Origin: Vicugna vicugna
Taxonomy: Eukaryota
Assembly: GCA_013265495.1 (NCBI GenBank)
Contig: MU058423.1
Coordinates: 5,810,745-5,874,744 of the forward strand
Direction: 5' to 3'
DNA: 64,000 bases
Under the pieces are notes generated by a model that saw nothing but the letters and a program-made list of their open reading frames with translations, had not been told where the DNA came from and ran no database searches. The position numbers and the translations under genes were made by a program. The stretch's first letter is position 1; every line of letters begins with the position of its first letter. Below, piece by piece: positions 1 through 12,440 of the stretch.

Positions 1-53
1 GGTTCAGTTGAATTTAATTAGTGCCTTTGAGTAGTAATGGTAGTTTGCATGGC

Positions 54-71
54 AAAAAAAAAAAAAAAAAA
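54..71. repeat. poly(A) tract (A18)
   Basis: Uninterrupted A run. Confidence 0.9.
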
Positions 72-1096
72 GGTTTCTAAATCCATCCTTGATGTTTTGT
101 AAAGTTACTACTTTAACAAATTACAGAAAGGACATCTAATTATTCCACATAAATTTTTTTCAAAGACATTGCTACTTTAAAAAATATTCATGAGTGGAAA
201 GGACCACACTATTGCTCATCTTAAGAATTATTTACCTATTCTTTCTATACATATTGACTGAACATCTGGCAAAAATAACTGAAGAGTTTACAAACAAGGA
301 GAAGGGATAAAATTTGTACATAAGTGACCACAAAATAAAACACTTTTGTGGTACCAAAATAACAGTTGTAAAACCAAAGTAAGATAATAAAATATCATCT
401 GATTATTTATAAATAAGAAAAATTAAAAGTTTAATTTTGATATTCAAAAGGTACACATGCTTTGCAAAGTAACATAAATAAAAATAAAAAGAAGTTACTG
501 CTTACAAAATCATGCAGATATCCATAATCCTGGAACAATCTTTGTCAATAAAATGTCAAATAAATTCATATATATTTTCCTATATATATGTATTTTGGAG
601 AAAAAATAATAAATGCATACACAATATATAATGATGTTATATATATTAACACATACTATATACAAACAGAAAACTGGGATTTTGTCATGTGTTATTAAGA
701 ATACTAATTCATTTTCCTTATATTTTCTGTATTTGCCAACTAACACTGTGATCAGTAACAAATGTTGATTGAGTTTCTAGCTTTGTCAGAAATTTAATAA
801 ATATTTATCAAGGACAGATTTCATCAGTAAAGTAGGAAGTAATTTATGCTCTACATTCTTGTCAAAATAATGTGATGTTATGGATACTGACACAGAGATA
901 ACAAAAATTTGTAAAAACTGAAGTAGATGTAAACTGTAGAAATAAATTAAGTGTAAACGTAAAAATTTGAAAATGTTTTAGAAATAATAAAATATAGATA
1001 CATTAATGTGGATAAATAAATACATGTACTAATGCTTGCTATAATTTTATATTTTAGATAAACATCACACTTTGGTGATGTTTATTCTGCAATAGA

Positions 1097-1658
1097 TGCA
1101 TTAGTCTTCTATTGCAGCATATCAAATGACCATTCAGTTAATATTGTAAAGTAACATTTATTTATTATACTGTAGCTTCTGTGGGTCAAGAAGCCAGGCA
1201 TGTGTTAGTTGGATTCTCTTCTCATGGTCTCACCAGCCTGAAATCAGGGTGTCTTCCGGGCTGCTTGATATCCTCCTCCAAGCGCGCGGAGTTGTTGGCA
1301 GAATTCAGTTCCACGGAACTGTGGGATAGAAGCCCATTTTCTTTCTAGCCACCAGCTGAGACTGCTCTTAGCTCCAAAAGGCTGCTGCCAGTTCCTGGCC
1401 CTTTTGTCCTCTCACAGGACCTCTCACAAAAAGGCAGCTTCTTTTAAGGTCTACGGAGTGACTTACCTTCAGTAAGCTAAGATAAAATGATGAGGGTTAG
1501 TATCTCATCACCTCTGCCTTTAAGGCGCCTGAAGTCGATGGAGCCAGCACCCCAACAGCTATTGGTTAGAAGCAGTTACAGGTGAGGCATCATCCAAGGG
1601 AAAGGGATTACCAGAGAGCATGGCTCATTTGAAGTCATCTTGAATCCTGCCTATTATA
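1097..1658 (-). mobile_element. ERVL-MaLR solo LTR (MLT1F/G-like), ancient
   Basis: MLT1-type motifs: attagtcttctattgc at start, gcttctgtgggtcaagaa, agaattcagttcc, cttgaatcctgcctattata at end. Recognised by eye. Confidence 0.7.
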
Positions 1659-1999
1659 ATGGATGATGTATTGATGTATCTTCTGCCTATTTTCCTTAGG
1701 TTTCTGTTTTGGTTTGTAAACAGTTTAGAAAATAGAATTATAGGCAATTATTTAATTTTTATTCTACCACTTGCTTTCTGATTTACTGATTTTTTTTTAA
1801 ACTTCCAAACACTTGTATTATTTTTTTCTTTATAGGTTTTGCTTTTGATATTATGTTTGGAATGTTTTATTTCCGACCCATAGATTATATACTTAACTAC
1901 CTAATACATTTAATTTTTACATATAGAAGTAGGAGAATATTACTTCTTTATGTATCTGTGTAAGACAAAAATCTGTTATTATTTAATATCCAGTGGTTC

Positions 2000-2400
2000 C
2001 AAGATATGGTAAGATTTCTCAAATAGGATGTATGCCCAGGCAAAAACCAAAAATGACAGCAACTTCATAGATTTTAAAGCACAACTATAATAACCATATT
2101 ACATGAAAATGGTTAAAAGTAGAGGAGAAAAATCATAGCCTAGAATGCCAAAATTATGAGATTTAGGCAAAGAAGTACTTTAAGGAACACTTCAGCATTA
2201 AATAATTATTTTAGAAAATTAGAAAGATTTAAAAATCAATTCAGGCACCACCTTAGAAAACCAGAAATAGAAAGGCAAAAGATAATCAAAATAAAAAAGA
2301 GAAAAGGATATAATAAAGATAAGCAAAGAAATCAATAACATACAAAATAATAATAGAATCCATGAAAACAAAATTACTTTTTAAAAAGATCAAATGTTCA
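2000..2400 (+). mobile_element. old L1 ORF2 fragment
   Basis: A-rich decayed ORF2-like sequence (caccttagaaaaccagaa...aaagataagcaaagaaatcaata...aaaagatcaaa). Confidence 0.6.
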
Positions 2401-2411
2401 CGTAACGGTTC

Positions 2412-3578
2412 TGTCAGGCCAACTGATGTCCTTCAAAGTCCAACGACCCCCATTTCTGGGCTCTCAGATGCCTGCCTGTGATCCCTCAACAGATAAAATA
2501 CATTCTTTACTGGGCATGTTTGCCCTAACAAACTGATAGCCCTAGGGAACGCCTAATTTCAACAGCCCAGGCTGGCCTGTTACAGCCCACCTTCTCAGAG
2601 TAATAACCCCCACTGGTCTTCATGGATGTCTTACTTTACCTACACCAATCAGAGACTTCTGCACCAGCCTGTCAGGCACCTTGTGACCCAATCTTAGAAA
2701 ACACCCAACAACTGGCCCTCAGTACTTATGATGCAGGAAAACGGATGTGGGGTGTGAGAAGGGCCATGTCCAAGGCTTCGGTTGAGCCCCTGGGATGTGC
2801 GTGTCCCACCAAATGTGGGTCCTTGGCTTCACGCAGGAAAGAATTCAAGAGCGAGCCACAGTTGAGTGAAGGTAGATTTATTCAGAGAGATACAGTGAAA
2901 GGCAAGAGAAAGGCCACAAGGTGTGGGGGTTGGGTGCTCAGATTAAAAGTAGGTACACATTCCAGAGACAGAATGCGGCCAGTCTCCAAAGACTGAGAGA
3001 GAAAGGGGTGGCCCCGAGGCGCTGTGTTGCTGGTTTTTATGGGCTTGGTGGCTTCATATGCTAATAAGTAGGAGGACCAGTCTACGGGGAAGGGGCTGGG
3101 ATTCCCAGGCAGTTGGTCATTTCCCACTCTTTGACCTTTTGTGGCTAGCCATGGGACTGCCATGGTGCCTGTGGGCGTGTTATTCACCATGTTAATATTA
3201 TAATCTGTGTATTATGAAGCTAACGATCTGCTAGAAGTTAAATCTCTTCATCCTGAGCCTCAAGGCCTACTGGGGATTGAATCTTCCACCATTTTGATGT
3301 TAATTGCTGCAGCATTCCTTGAATGGCTGAGCCCTGTCCCCTTCCTGTCTCACTCACAAAGGCACCTCTCCCCTGCGAGGCGTTGCCTATAGCAGCGTAA
3401 CTATTAAACTTTTCCCTTGTTCTTGGCCTTGGTGCTCACACAGGCCCCTCTCACCTGAGTGGCCCTCTGTTGTCTATACAGCACACCTTAATAAACTCCA
3501 TTCTATTCCCACACTTTATCTCTGGTAAATTATTTTATTAAACCACATGTATCACCATGTTACCAACAGCCCATAACA
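2412..3578 (+). mobile_element. ERV solo LTR 'A' (outer element; 5-bp TSD)
   Basis: Starts TGTCA, ends TAACA. Exact GGTTC TSD at 2407-2411 and 3579-3583. AATAAA near 3490. Interrupted by LTR B. Confidence 0.85.
2729..3352 (-). mobile_element. ERV1-like solo LTR 'B' nested in LTR A
   Basis: TG...CA termini. TSD CTTA (2725-2728) / CTCA (3353-3356). Minus-strand AATAAA near 2877. Many CpGs retained. Homologous to 7219-7782. Confidence 0.85.
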
Positions 3579-3583
3579 GGTTC

Positions 3584-4075
3584 TATACAAATGCTCACAG
3601 CAGCTTTATTTGTAACAGCCAAAAACTGGAAGGAAGAAAAAAATCTCTAAAGTCCATCAAAAGCGGTGTGGACAAATTGTGGTACACACATTAATGGAAT
3701 ACTTTTTGTCAGCAAAAACGAACAACAACTGATGCATAAAACAGCATGGATGAATCACTGAAGCTATATTTTACTAAGAAAAAAGTAGCCACATTTAAAA
3801 AAGAGGCAGACTGTATGACTCCATCTAGATATATTTCTTAAAAATAGAATCATATCTATAGCAACAAAACAGATCACCATGCCTATGGACAGAATGTCGA
3901 AAGAAAGGCATTACAAAGGGGTACAAAGGACCTCTGAAAGCAACGGAAAAGTCCACTATCTTGATAGATACTGATTTCACAATTGTGTTTCTATGTCATA
4001 CCTCCTCAATTTGTATAATTGAAACACGTAAAATAACTTAAATATGTGGTTTACAGTACATTAGCTAAAAAAAAA
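3584..4075 (+). mobile_element. old L1 (L1ME/L1MD-like) 3' end
   Basis: aaatgctcacagcagctttatttgtaacagccaaaaactgga...gcatggatgaatc...gactgtatgactccat; ends in an A run. Confidence 0.75.
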
Positions 4076-4376
4076 ATTGTATCTAGATACCTGAGATCCA
4101 ATGAAGAGAGGAAAAAAATGCTCTAATTAACATTCCAGAACAAATTTCATATTGTTTTTACCAAGAGAAAAAAAATGAAAGAAAAAGAGAGAAACACTAA
4201 ATGGTAGAAAGTGTCACAGCTATATTGTAAAGGTTTTCCATGTGTGTTGTTGCAACCAAAGTTACCTGGAGACACTTCTCTTTCTCATATTATCACCATT
4301 CTTTTATATACAGCATTATCTTCCTAATGTTCAAACTTTTATGAGCACAACAATATGCTTTTCCTTGAACTGGTAT

Positions 4377-4916
4377 TGGGAGGAGATTTTCCTCTATCCT
4401 TCCAGGTTCTTCTGGCAGGTGTTAAGAATTAAATTGACATGAGAAAGATTAACAGGGGAAAATCAAACAAAAGTTTAATAACATGTATGCATGGGAGAGA
4501 CCCAGAAGAACTGAGCGACTCACCAAAATGCCCCAAACCCTCATTTAAAATACCATCCTAAGCTAAAACCAAAAGATGTTGAGGGTGGGGAGAGTCAGCT
4601 ACATGACCAGTTATAAGAGGTTAGGAGAAAAAACACAGGGTAAACAAGGGTAAGGTTGTTATGCAGATTTAAGTCATTGCCTTCCCCATTGATAGTCTAG
4701 AGATTTGGATCGTCTCCTCTTACAGGTGCAGTGAGGGAGACACCTTTACAAATGGAGATTTCCCTTATACATGTAAATGCTTCTTACAAAAGGGTAACTT
4801 GTACTCAGTTTTCAGAGTTTTCCTCTTGCTTGCTATTTCTTAGGGAATAACCAGCTTAAAATGATTCATACGCCAAAGAGAAACATTCGGTGGGTGTTAA
4901 GTTCTGTTCCCTTACA
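4377..4916 (-). mobile_element. ERV1-like solo LTR 'C'
   Basis: TG...CA termini. Exact 4-bp TSD GTAT (4373-4376, 4917-4920). Minus-strand ATTAAA near 4474. Related to 7931-8505. Confidence 0.85.
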
Positions 4917-5174
4917 GTATCATTCTTTAAATCAGTTGTAGCATGACTAGACTTCTTTAGTGTATATCTTCCATGTGTATATTTCTCCTTGACATGATCA
5001 TTAGGATACATAGTCATTCCCAGGGTTCAGCTGCAATTTCACTACATTTTTAATCATTATGGAATTGCCTCTAACACTAACAGATTTTTCCTATCCATTT
5101 ACAATGCACATTTTGAGGAAAGGTAAGATCAACAAGACAAGTTCTGGTTGAACCTGATGTTGAACTTTTACTTA

Positions 5175-5912
5175 TGAAACCGCATCGCCCTAAAACCTAG
5201 TTCCTCTGCCAAGTTTATGATTAACCTCTCAATTCAAAACTTTAGTCCCTTTCTTGTCCTGACCTTGTCCCCCTCAAGATTGAGGACTATCAAGGAAAAG
5301 TGGGATTGAAAGTGAGCAGGATCCTGTGGGGCTCTCCAAAGTACAAATCCTTTATGTATCCCCTGTTTCTTGTTTGCAAAATAAGGCTTTAGGTCTTAAT
5401 AGACTCCCCTAAGTTCCAAAGAGCTGATTCAAGCAGTAACTAATTAGGGAAGGGAAGAAAAGCAGAAACAAAGGGAAGGCAATCAAGAAACAATAGTTCA
5501 GCAATAAACAGAGTCCTAGTCCCTCCTCAAGGGATATACATAACAATCTGATACATATCTTTGATTGTTCTGCAGGAACTAACCCCCACCCACCCCAGGT
5601 GGAGGATGGTAACTACATGCTGAGACCCTGGTCAGAACCAGGAGGTGGATAATTGAGACTTCTGGAACACTACCCTGACACCTCACCACCAATCTATCAG
5701 AAGAAAGCCATGCACCCTGCTGCCCTACCCAAAGTATTGCCTTTAAAGACTCTTCCCTGAAAACCATCAGGGAATTTAGGCCTTTTGAGCATCAGCTGTC
5801 AGTATTCTTCGCTTGGTGCCCTGCAAATGAATGCTGTGCTTTTCCTTCATCACAACTTGGTGTCAGGAAATTGGCTTTGCTGTGAGGCCGACTTAAGTTT
5901 GGTTCAGTAACA
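5175..5912 (+). mobile_element. ERV1-like solo LTR 'D'
   Basis: TGAAAC...GTAACA termini with 4-bp TSD CTTA (5171-5174, 5913-5916). The 5' boundary rests on the TSD match. Confidence 0.7.
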
Positions 5913-6559
5913 CTTATTGGAATAAAATGCAAACTCTACTCCTAATTTATACATCAGAAAAAAACCATACTCAGGCTGTGCTTTTAATTCTACAGACCAC
6001 TTAGGGATGTCCTAGAACAGCAGACTTGATTTTCAAAAATTAAGATCTTCTTTGGTCTATAGTTACAGGACCCTGCAAAGTCTCAGTTCATAGTAGTTAT
6101 TTTCTATTCCAAAAGAAGCAAAAGCAATTTACTAACAGTTGAAACATGTTAATATGCTTTAAAATTTCTGCAACTACATAGTAAAAATAATGGAACTAAA
6201 GAAAACTGTTATTTTGATTTCACAGCATAGCAGAGGAGATGGTGTTCTTTTGAAGCTGTACAATGTTGCCAGATTGAAGCAAAAGTCTACTACAATATCA
6301 GCAGGGTATAGACATAATATTTTATAGAGTTATTATTTCAGCCACCAAAAAGGAGTAGCTTATAGGTATCTATTATATTTGGAACATTCTAAAGTTGGAG
6401 AAATAGCCAAATTATTAATTTTCACCAAAGCTAGTTTTATTATATCTTTTTTCAGTGTAGCAGTGAATTGTAGTTTCATTTTTAGGCTAAGAAAAAATTG
6501 CCTATGTGGTGGAGAAGACCATGTGATGTAATGAAAAAAAGAAAAAAAAAAACCCAAAT

Positions 6560-6700
6560 TGTCAAGAGAATTGGGTTCTAGCCTACTGTTTTTGACCTTT
6601 AAACTTTAAACCTTGGATAGTTATTTAAATTGGCTTGGACTATTTTTTCACAATAATACATTCAGAACAGTGAACTAGATAATTTGTACAGTCCTTTTTA
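6560..6700 (+). mobile_element. MIR/MIR3 SINE remnant
   Basis: gtcaagagaattgggttctagcc...accttggatagttatttaa...gaactagataatt. Confidence 0.55.
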
Positions 6701-7218
6701 GAACTCATCATCAGCAAGATTCATTGTCACAAAGGGCAGATTTAACATGATATCTCCCTCCAGGATAATGATGTGAATCTGTTAAATACAAATGGCTACA
6801 ACATATGTGCATCGATTTAAGAACCTTGTAACCACCTGCTGCTGATCCACTGGCTCAACACTTTCCATCTATGGCCAAATGAATACTCCCAACTGAAAGG
6901 TTAAATCAACTTTTTTGAAATTAAATCTTGCTCCTTCAAAATACATTCTTAAAATCAGGTTCTGATAATTTTTTTGGAGATATATCTTCTTTGTGCCTAC
7001 AAATGTTTGTATTCACACATTTGCTTATTGCTACAACTTCCTTATTATTGCTCATTTAGCTTCTGTTTTGTCTCAGATCTGATAGTGCCCATTGCCTAAA
7101 GCTCTCTTGCTGCTTTGTAATGCCAGTTTATTGCCAGTAGAGAATTGTCTCTTGGACATGGATTTTTTCATTTGTCCTGCTCTTTGTTTGTCATTCCCCT
7201 TTAGATTCTTGTGGGTAT

Positions 7219-7782
7219 TTTTGCCAGAGAATAGGTTCTTGCCTCGCGCAGAGAAGAATTCAAGAGCAAGGCAAAGTAAAGTGAAAGCAAGTTTATTTAG
7301 AGAGATATACATGCTATAGACAAAGTGCAGTCTGTCTCACTAAGAACGGAGAACAGCTTAATATGTGGGCTATCTCAAAAGGCAAGAGGGAGAGAGGCTG
7401 AGAGGTGTAGAGGTGTTTAAAATTAAGTAGATACACACTCTACAGAGTGTGGGTCATCTCAGAAGGCAAGAGAAAGTGATCATGAGGAATGGGGATGTTA
7501 GGTTTTATGGGCTGGGTAATTTCATATGTTAATGAGTAGGAGGATTATTCTAACTACTTTGGGGAAGGGGCAGGGATTTCCAGGACTTGGGCACCCCCGT
7601 CCACTTTTTGACTTTTTAAGGTCAGCCTATGAACTATCCTGGTGCCTGAGGGAGTGCCATGAGGCTCAAGGTCTACTGGAAATCAAATTTTCTGCCATCT
7701 AGATTCTAACCAGTTTGTCCTGTCCTCAATTGCTGTATCTTTCCTTCAATGGTTGTGTCCTGTCCCCTTCCCTCCTGTCTCA
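7219..7782 (-). mobile_element. ERV1-like solo LTR 'E' (related to B)
   Basis: Shares aagaattcaagagc, ggttttatggg...ttcatatg.taat.agtaggagga and terminal cctgtctca with LTR B. TSD not resolved. Confidence 0.8.
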
Positions 7783-7930
7783 GACTGGTATGCCTTTTAA
7801 TATCATTCTTAGCAAAATTCAGTTGAAAGAAGTCATTTTGCAGTGAATCAACTAACAGTCACTTGATTTTCAGAAGAGTTGAACAAAACCTTGAAAGAAA
7901 CTCTCGGAGGCTATAGTTTACAACTGACAG

Positions 7931-8505
7931 TTTAGAGAAGCAAAATTTTCTACCCCAAAATGTGTCTCTTTAGCATGAGGTTAATTTAGGCTGATTATTT
8001 TTAAGAAAAGAAAATTCAGGGAGTTTTTCTTGCTACTTCCAACTTAACTGCCTAAGAGAATTTAGAAAAAGGTTTTTTTTTTTTCCTGGAATACAACTAT
8101 CAGTAGAGATATATGCAAAGAACATGGGCTAGATTTGGTGGCTGAGGGGAACTTGGCAGAGCCTAGAAATCAGAGTCCACTCTATGTCACCCTGTCTCTG
8201 CAGGGCTCAGCAAACATATGTTTACTAAACATTTGCTTTTCGTTTCCAAGTGAATTGCCTTCTTCCTCTCTGAAGTCCTAAGCCACTACCCCCAACATCT
8301 TCTTTGGTCTTTAGCAAAAGATGGTATTTAAAGTGAGGGTTCTGGACATGTTGGTGAGTTACTCAGTTCTCCTGGGTCTCTCCCATGCATACATGTTACT
8401 AAACTTTTGTTTGATTTCCTCTTGTTTATCGGTTTCATGCGAATTTTCTTCTTATACCAGCCAGATGAACTTAGAAGGGCAGAGGGAAATTTCTTCTCCT
8501 TGACA
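7931..8505 (+). mobile_element. ERV1-like solo LTR 'F'
   Basis: Exact TSD ACAG (7927-7930, 8506-8509). Ends TGACA. 5' TG mutated to TT. Reverse-complement homology to C. Confidence 0.85.
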
Positions 8506-10100
8506 ACAGAGAATAGATGCATCAGCTTAAAATATAATGATGGAAATAATCAAGAAAATAGGTGATCTGGCTTTGACATACAAACAAATTAGATTGTATG
8601 GTCTGATAGTAACTTGGCTGTGGCCATCATCAAAATCATAAGGTAAAATAAAACTCATGAAATTTGTATTGAGTATCTTTAAGCAAAAATGTTGAATTTT
8701 ACTGGGTATGTTTCCTTCAATTCATCATTCATCTCTGTACTAAATTTTTCTCTTAATTTTTTTTTATGCAAATCACTATTTTAAAGTATTTTTTCTTGAT
8801 TTTTATTTACTGCATTAGTTGTGCTTCTCCTTTTGGTGTAAAGGATTTAGTTGCTAAATATAATGCTGTCTTAAAACACTTTTTCCAATCCTAACCTTTC
8901 ATTCTAGCTTTTAATGAATGTAATTACACACAAAGTCCATTAAATTTTTAAAACTTCTTATTGGTTAATTAGATTGAATGATTATTTGAAAACTCCTGCA
9001 GATATTTTTTGAAGGAATTTTTTTTTTTTAAAGATTGGCAATTAGATGGAACACAGTACATTTCTGGAATAGAACAACTTAAATTTGAAACACATATTTT
9101 AGAAATCATAAAACTCATATTTGATAAGCTTCCTATTGTACGCCATTGTTAATTGTTGCAATAGCCCATTACTTGTCTTCAAGTGGTAAAACAACAAGGC
9201 TCTAAGAGACAACTTTTCTATATTTCCATGTCTTTTCATACTCGTGGTTGTAAAAGTCAGTACTTCTTTGTGGAGTTAGTTCTGTCTTTTGCACTAAGAT
9301 CTTGAGTTTAAGAACCTCCACTAAGATCTGAAAAGTCTATCCGCTGTGATCTCCACGCTCACCTCCACTCAGCATCAGGAGTAGACTTAGAGCCTCACAG
9401 TGGTTAGAAAAGTGAGGCAGTGTCCATTGGGATGATGCCACACTCTTTTTTTTTTTCCAAAAGTATTGTCTGTCACACTAAAAATAGAGGACCAAAGTAC
9501 TCAACTCCAAAGACATCTGAAAATTTATGAATTGTAATACCAATGGAATAAAAATCCAGGAACTAATCTTGCTAATCTTATGAAAGAGGTTTGAGGTTGA
9601 TCTGATTTGGAGTTGGTGAATATATAATCAAACAGACTGAGGGTCCAAACTGCAAAATTCTGGATCAGCTGGTGGCAGGAAGATGTGAATGAGTCTGTGC
9701 TGATGATACAGGTGCTCAGAGCAAAGCAGCATCTGTGTTTCTGTTTTCTGTTTGCTTGCTTGTTTGCTTTATAAGCAGAACAAATGAGGCAGCCAGGGCA
9801 GCAGATTAAATGGTATATAGGTAAAGAAAAAAGCAGCTCTGTCATTACCATGCTAAGGTCAAATCTGTCTAAGGTGCAATGTTTAAATTTTATTCTAGTA
9901 ATTTAATTATTTTTTTCTCCAAATATCATTTTCCCCTAAATGAGCTTATGAAAATCTTGAGGAGCATCACTTGTGGTGAGCCCTTTGAAACTGAGATACA
10001 GTTGTCTTTAATTACACAGAACTGGGAGGCCAGACACAGATGACATGCAATTCAGTCTGGTTACTTTGTGATTTGTATTCACATTCACCAAACATTCATC

Positions 10101-10640
10101 TTTTGGGGCCCAGGGCAGCCTTCCCCTGAATATGCCTTAATGGCATATTGATTATTTTGAATAAAGCTACTTAAGAAATGACCAATGTAAGAGGAATTCT
10201 TTGACCCTGTTTCCTGTCTCCCTGAAAGCGGGAAATAAATCTCTCATGTGGAAGGAGCATTTTCTACATCTGAAGGTAGAAGGACACCCTTATCACCAGA
10301 GACACAAAATTCAGGGCTGAGAAGTCTGTGTAAACAAATCTTGCTTTTTTTAATTTATTACCTCAAGCCCAAACTCTGTTTTGATTCTCCACCAATTACA
10401 CAGACACAGCCTAAGTTTCTTTGTCCTGTCGATTCCTCACAAATGTATTGTTTCTCTGTCTAAAAAGTATGAAAGCTACCTGCCTTTGTCGCTTTTTAGG
10501 CCCTACTTCTATGAGACCTGTGTGTCCACAAGTTAAAGTTTGTTTCTTTTTCTCATGCTAATCTGTCCTTGTCAAGTCAATTATTAGTTCAGCCACAAGA
10601 ACTCAGAGGGATAGAGGAGGAAATTTCTTCCTGCCTGACA
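10101..10640 (+). mobile_element. ERV1-like solo LTR 'G'
   Basis: Ends gaaatttcttcctgcctgaca, like F. TSD CATC (10097-10100) / CATA (10641-10644). Confidence 0.8.
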
Positions 10641-10644
10641 CATA

Positions 10645-10800
10645 CATAAATTGTTCTATTTGTCTTAATATATTTCTTCAGCAGCATAAGGAAGATAACA
10701 ATATCAACTGTATAGAGTTGTTGAAATAATTAAATGAGCAGTCAATGTAAACAATTTAGCCCTGGACACATGGTAAATTACCTATAACTGATAACCATTA
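10645..10800 (+). mobile_element. MIR SINE remnant
   Basis: gataacaatatcaactgtatagagttgttgaaataattaaatgag...gtaaacaatttagc...cacatggtaa. Confidence 0.6.
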
Positions 10801-10859
10801 GCTGCTATTTTGTGTTAGCAGTTATCATCTATAGTTACTGTATTAGTCATAACATAATA

Positions 10860-10936
10860 CACATCAGGCACTGTGTTAGGTTCTGAGGACAAAACACTGA
10901 ATAGGAACATTCTTGTTTGTCCCTTTGGAAATTCAG
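10860..10936 (-). mobile_element. L2 3'-end remnant (continuation found inverted at 12121-12312)
   Basis: caggcactgtgttaggttctgaggacaaaa..., typical of an antisense L2 tail. Confidence 0.6.
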
Positions 10937-11230
10937 TGTCAACCAAAAAAAAAAAAAGGTGCAAATAAGAAAATAATTTATTTAGGGTCTTAAGAATTAC
11001 AATTTGGGGGGTATAGATTTGAGAAAAACTAACTTAAAGATTGCTCCAGAAGGTGAAACAGTAAGGGGATTATAAAGGCAAAAGTCATATGGTTGTACGC
11101 TGACAGAAGAAAGGAAATATTTACCCTTAAGAGATGGCTGTCACTAGTTATTTTAGGGTAAGGCTCTGAAAAGTATCTTGAGTTTCTGGAAGACATTCTG
11201 GATGCCTTTATTAGGACAGTAAGTGGTCAG
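10937..11230 (-). mobile_element. ERV1-like LTR 'H', 3' part
   Basis: Begins TGTCAAC, preceded by TCAG. Minus-strand AATAAA (tttatt near 10977). MER4-group-like 3' end. Confidence 0.7.
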
Positions 11231-11405
11231 AAGTGAAGGTTTCAGCTATTCTGGTGAGTTACCCAGTTTTCTGTGTCTCTTCTATGTATATATGTTATCA
11301 AACTTCTGTTTGATTTTCTTCTTTCAATCTATCATATGTCAATTTAATTCTTAGAGCAGCAAAAAGAACCTAGAAGGATAGAGGAAAATTTCTCCCTCCT
11401 CAACA
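11231..11405 (+). mobile_element. ERV1-like LTR 'I', 3' part (C/F family)
   Basis: Aligns with 8330-8505. Ends CTCAACA. Confidence 0.8.
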
Positions 11406-11720
11406 CCTTCTAGGTTCTTGGCTGAGACACCTCTGTAATGAAAGACAGATTAACAGGTGAAAAAAATCTGGAAACTTAATAACATGTGTAACTCCCACAT
11501 ACATGACAGATACCCAGGAAAACTGAGTAACTCTCTCAAACGGCCCAAATCATCACCTTAAATACCATCTCAAGCTAAAGACAGAAAAAGATTCTGGGGG
11601 TGTGGCTGGGAGTTTATGTCAAAGCACAGCAAAAGAAAATATGGTTGTTATGCAGATTCAAGTTCTCGCCTTCTCCATTGATAAGAATTTCTAGAGATTT
11701 AGTCACTCCTCTTTCTAGAG
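11406..11720 (-). mobile_element. ERV1-like LTR 'J', internal part (C/F family)
   Basis: Aligns with ~4400-4720. Its last ~28 bp lie in + orientation at 12564-12591. Confidence 0.8.
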
Positions 11721-11724
11721 ACAG

Positions 11725-12120
11725 CTTTGTCTGTTCTTTTTCTTAATTAAAAGAAGTAAGAATAAAAAATTAAGTAGTTGGCTTAAGAATGACTAGCTCT
11801 CTACCCCTACCAACCCACTTAGCAATCTTGCAGGCAGATCATGTGGGCAAAATAGTATCTGAAAAGAGTCAGCCAGTCTGCATGCAATGGATAATGATGC
11901 AGAATCCAACCCCCTGCCTCACTGAGTCACTGAGATTCTTGCCCCTTTTTCCTCCTCAAAAACTGTCATGGCTGAGCAGAATCTTTAGAGTTGGTCTCAG
12001 GACAGGAATTCACCTTCTTCCCAGACTGGCAAATTTTTCTGATTAAATTATCATTCTTTCTGCTGACACTCACTTCTCAATTACTAGCTTTTGAAAACCT
12101 GGGAACCTGATTCCGTAACA
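11725..12120 (+). mobile_element. ERV LTR 'K', 5'-truncated
   Basis: ATTAAA near 12042. Ends CCGTAACA, like LTR D. Confidence 0.65.
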
Positions 12121-12312
12121 CACGTTCTAACTCTTCCAGGCTTTTGCTCCTAATTTCCCCTTTGCGTTATGTATTCTGGAATCATACATCAAATATCACT
12201 TTCTAAAACTATGCTTGCTTCTATTAGGTAGGAGTAACTGCTCCACATTTATTTATTTCACCCTTCTGTCTAAGCATCATTTGCTCAAAATACCTCTTAC
12301 ATACCTAAGAGC
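12121..12312 (+). mobile_element. L2 remnant, inverted relative to 10860-10936
   Basis: ccaggcttttgctcct...catcaaatatcacttt...; highly decayed. Confidence 0.45.
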
Positions 12313-12316
12313 CTGT

Positions 12317-12440
12317 TGTTGAAGGAAAATCAAAATGGAGTCAGTGTTGCTTAGAGTCCTCTCTAAAATGGAGCTGGGAGTCTACGGAGGATGTGTGACT
12401 TACAAACATCTCAGCCAGGATGGAATCTGATCTTAGCTTT
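12317..12440 (+). mobile_element. LTR 5' end (probable displaced 5' part of H)
   Basis: TGTTGAAGG start, two aaaatggag motifs. Preceded by CTGT (reverse complement ACAG, close to TCAG). Confidence 0.65.

Noticed and set aside
2622..3392. ORFs of 124, 102 and 61 aa
   Set aside because: They lie within nested LTRs A and B, and I recognise no protein similarity.
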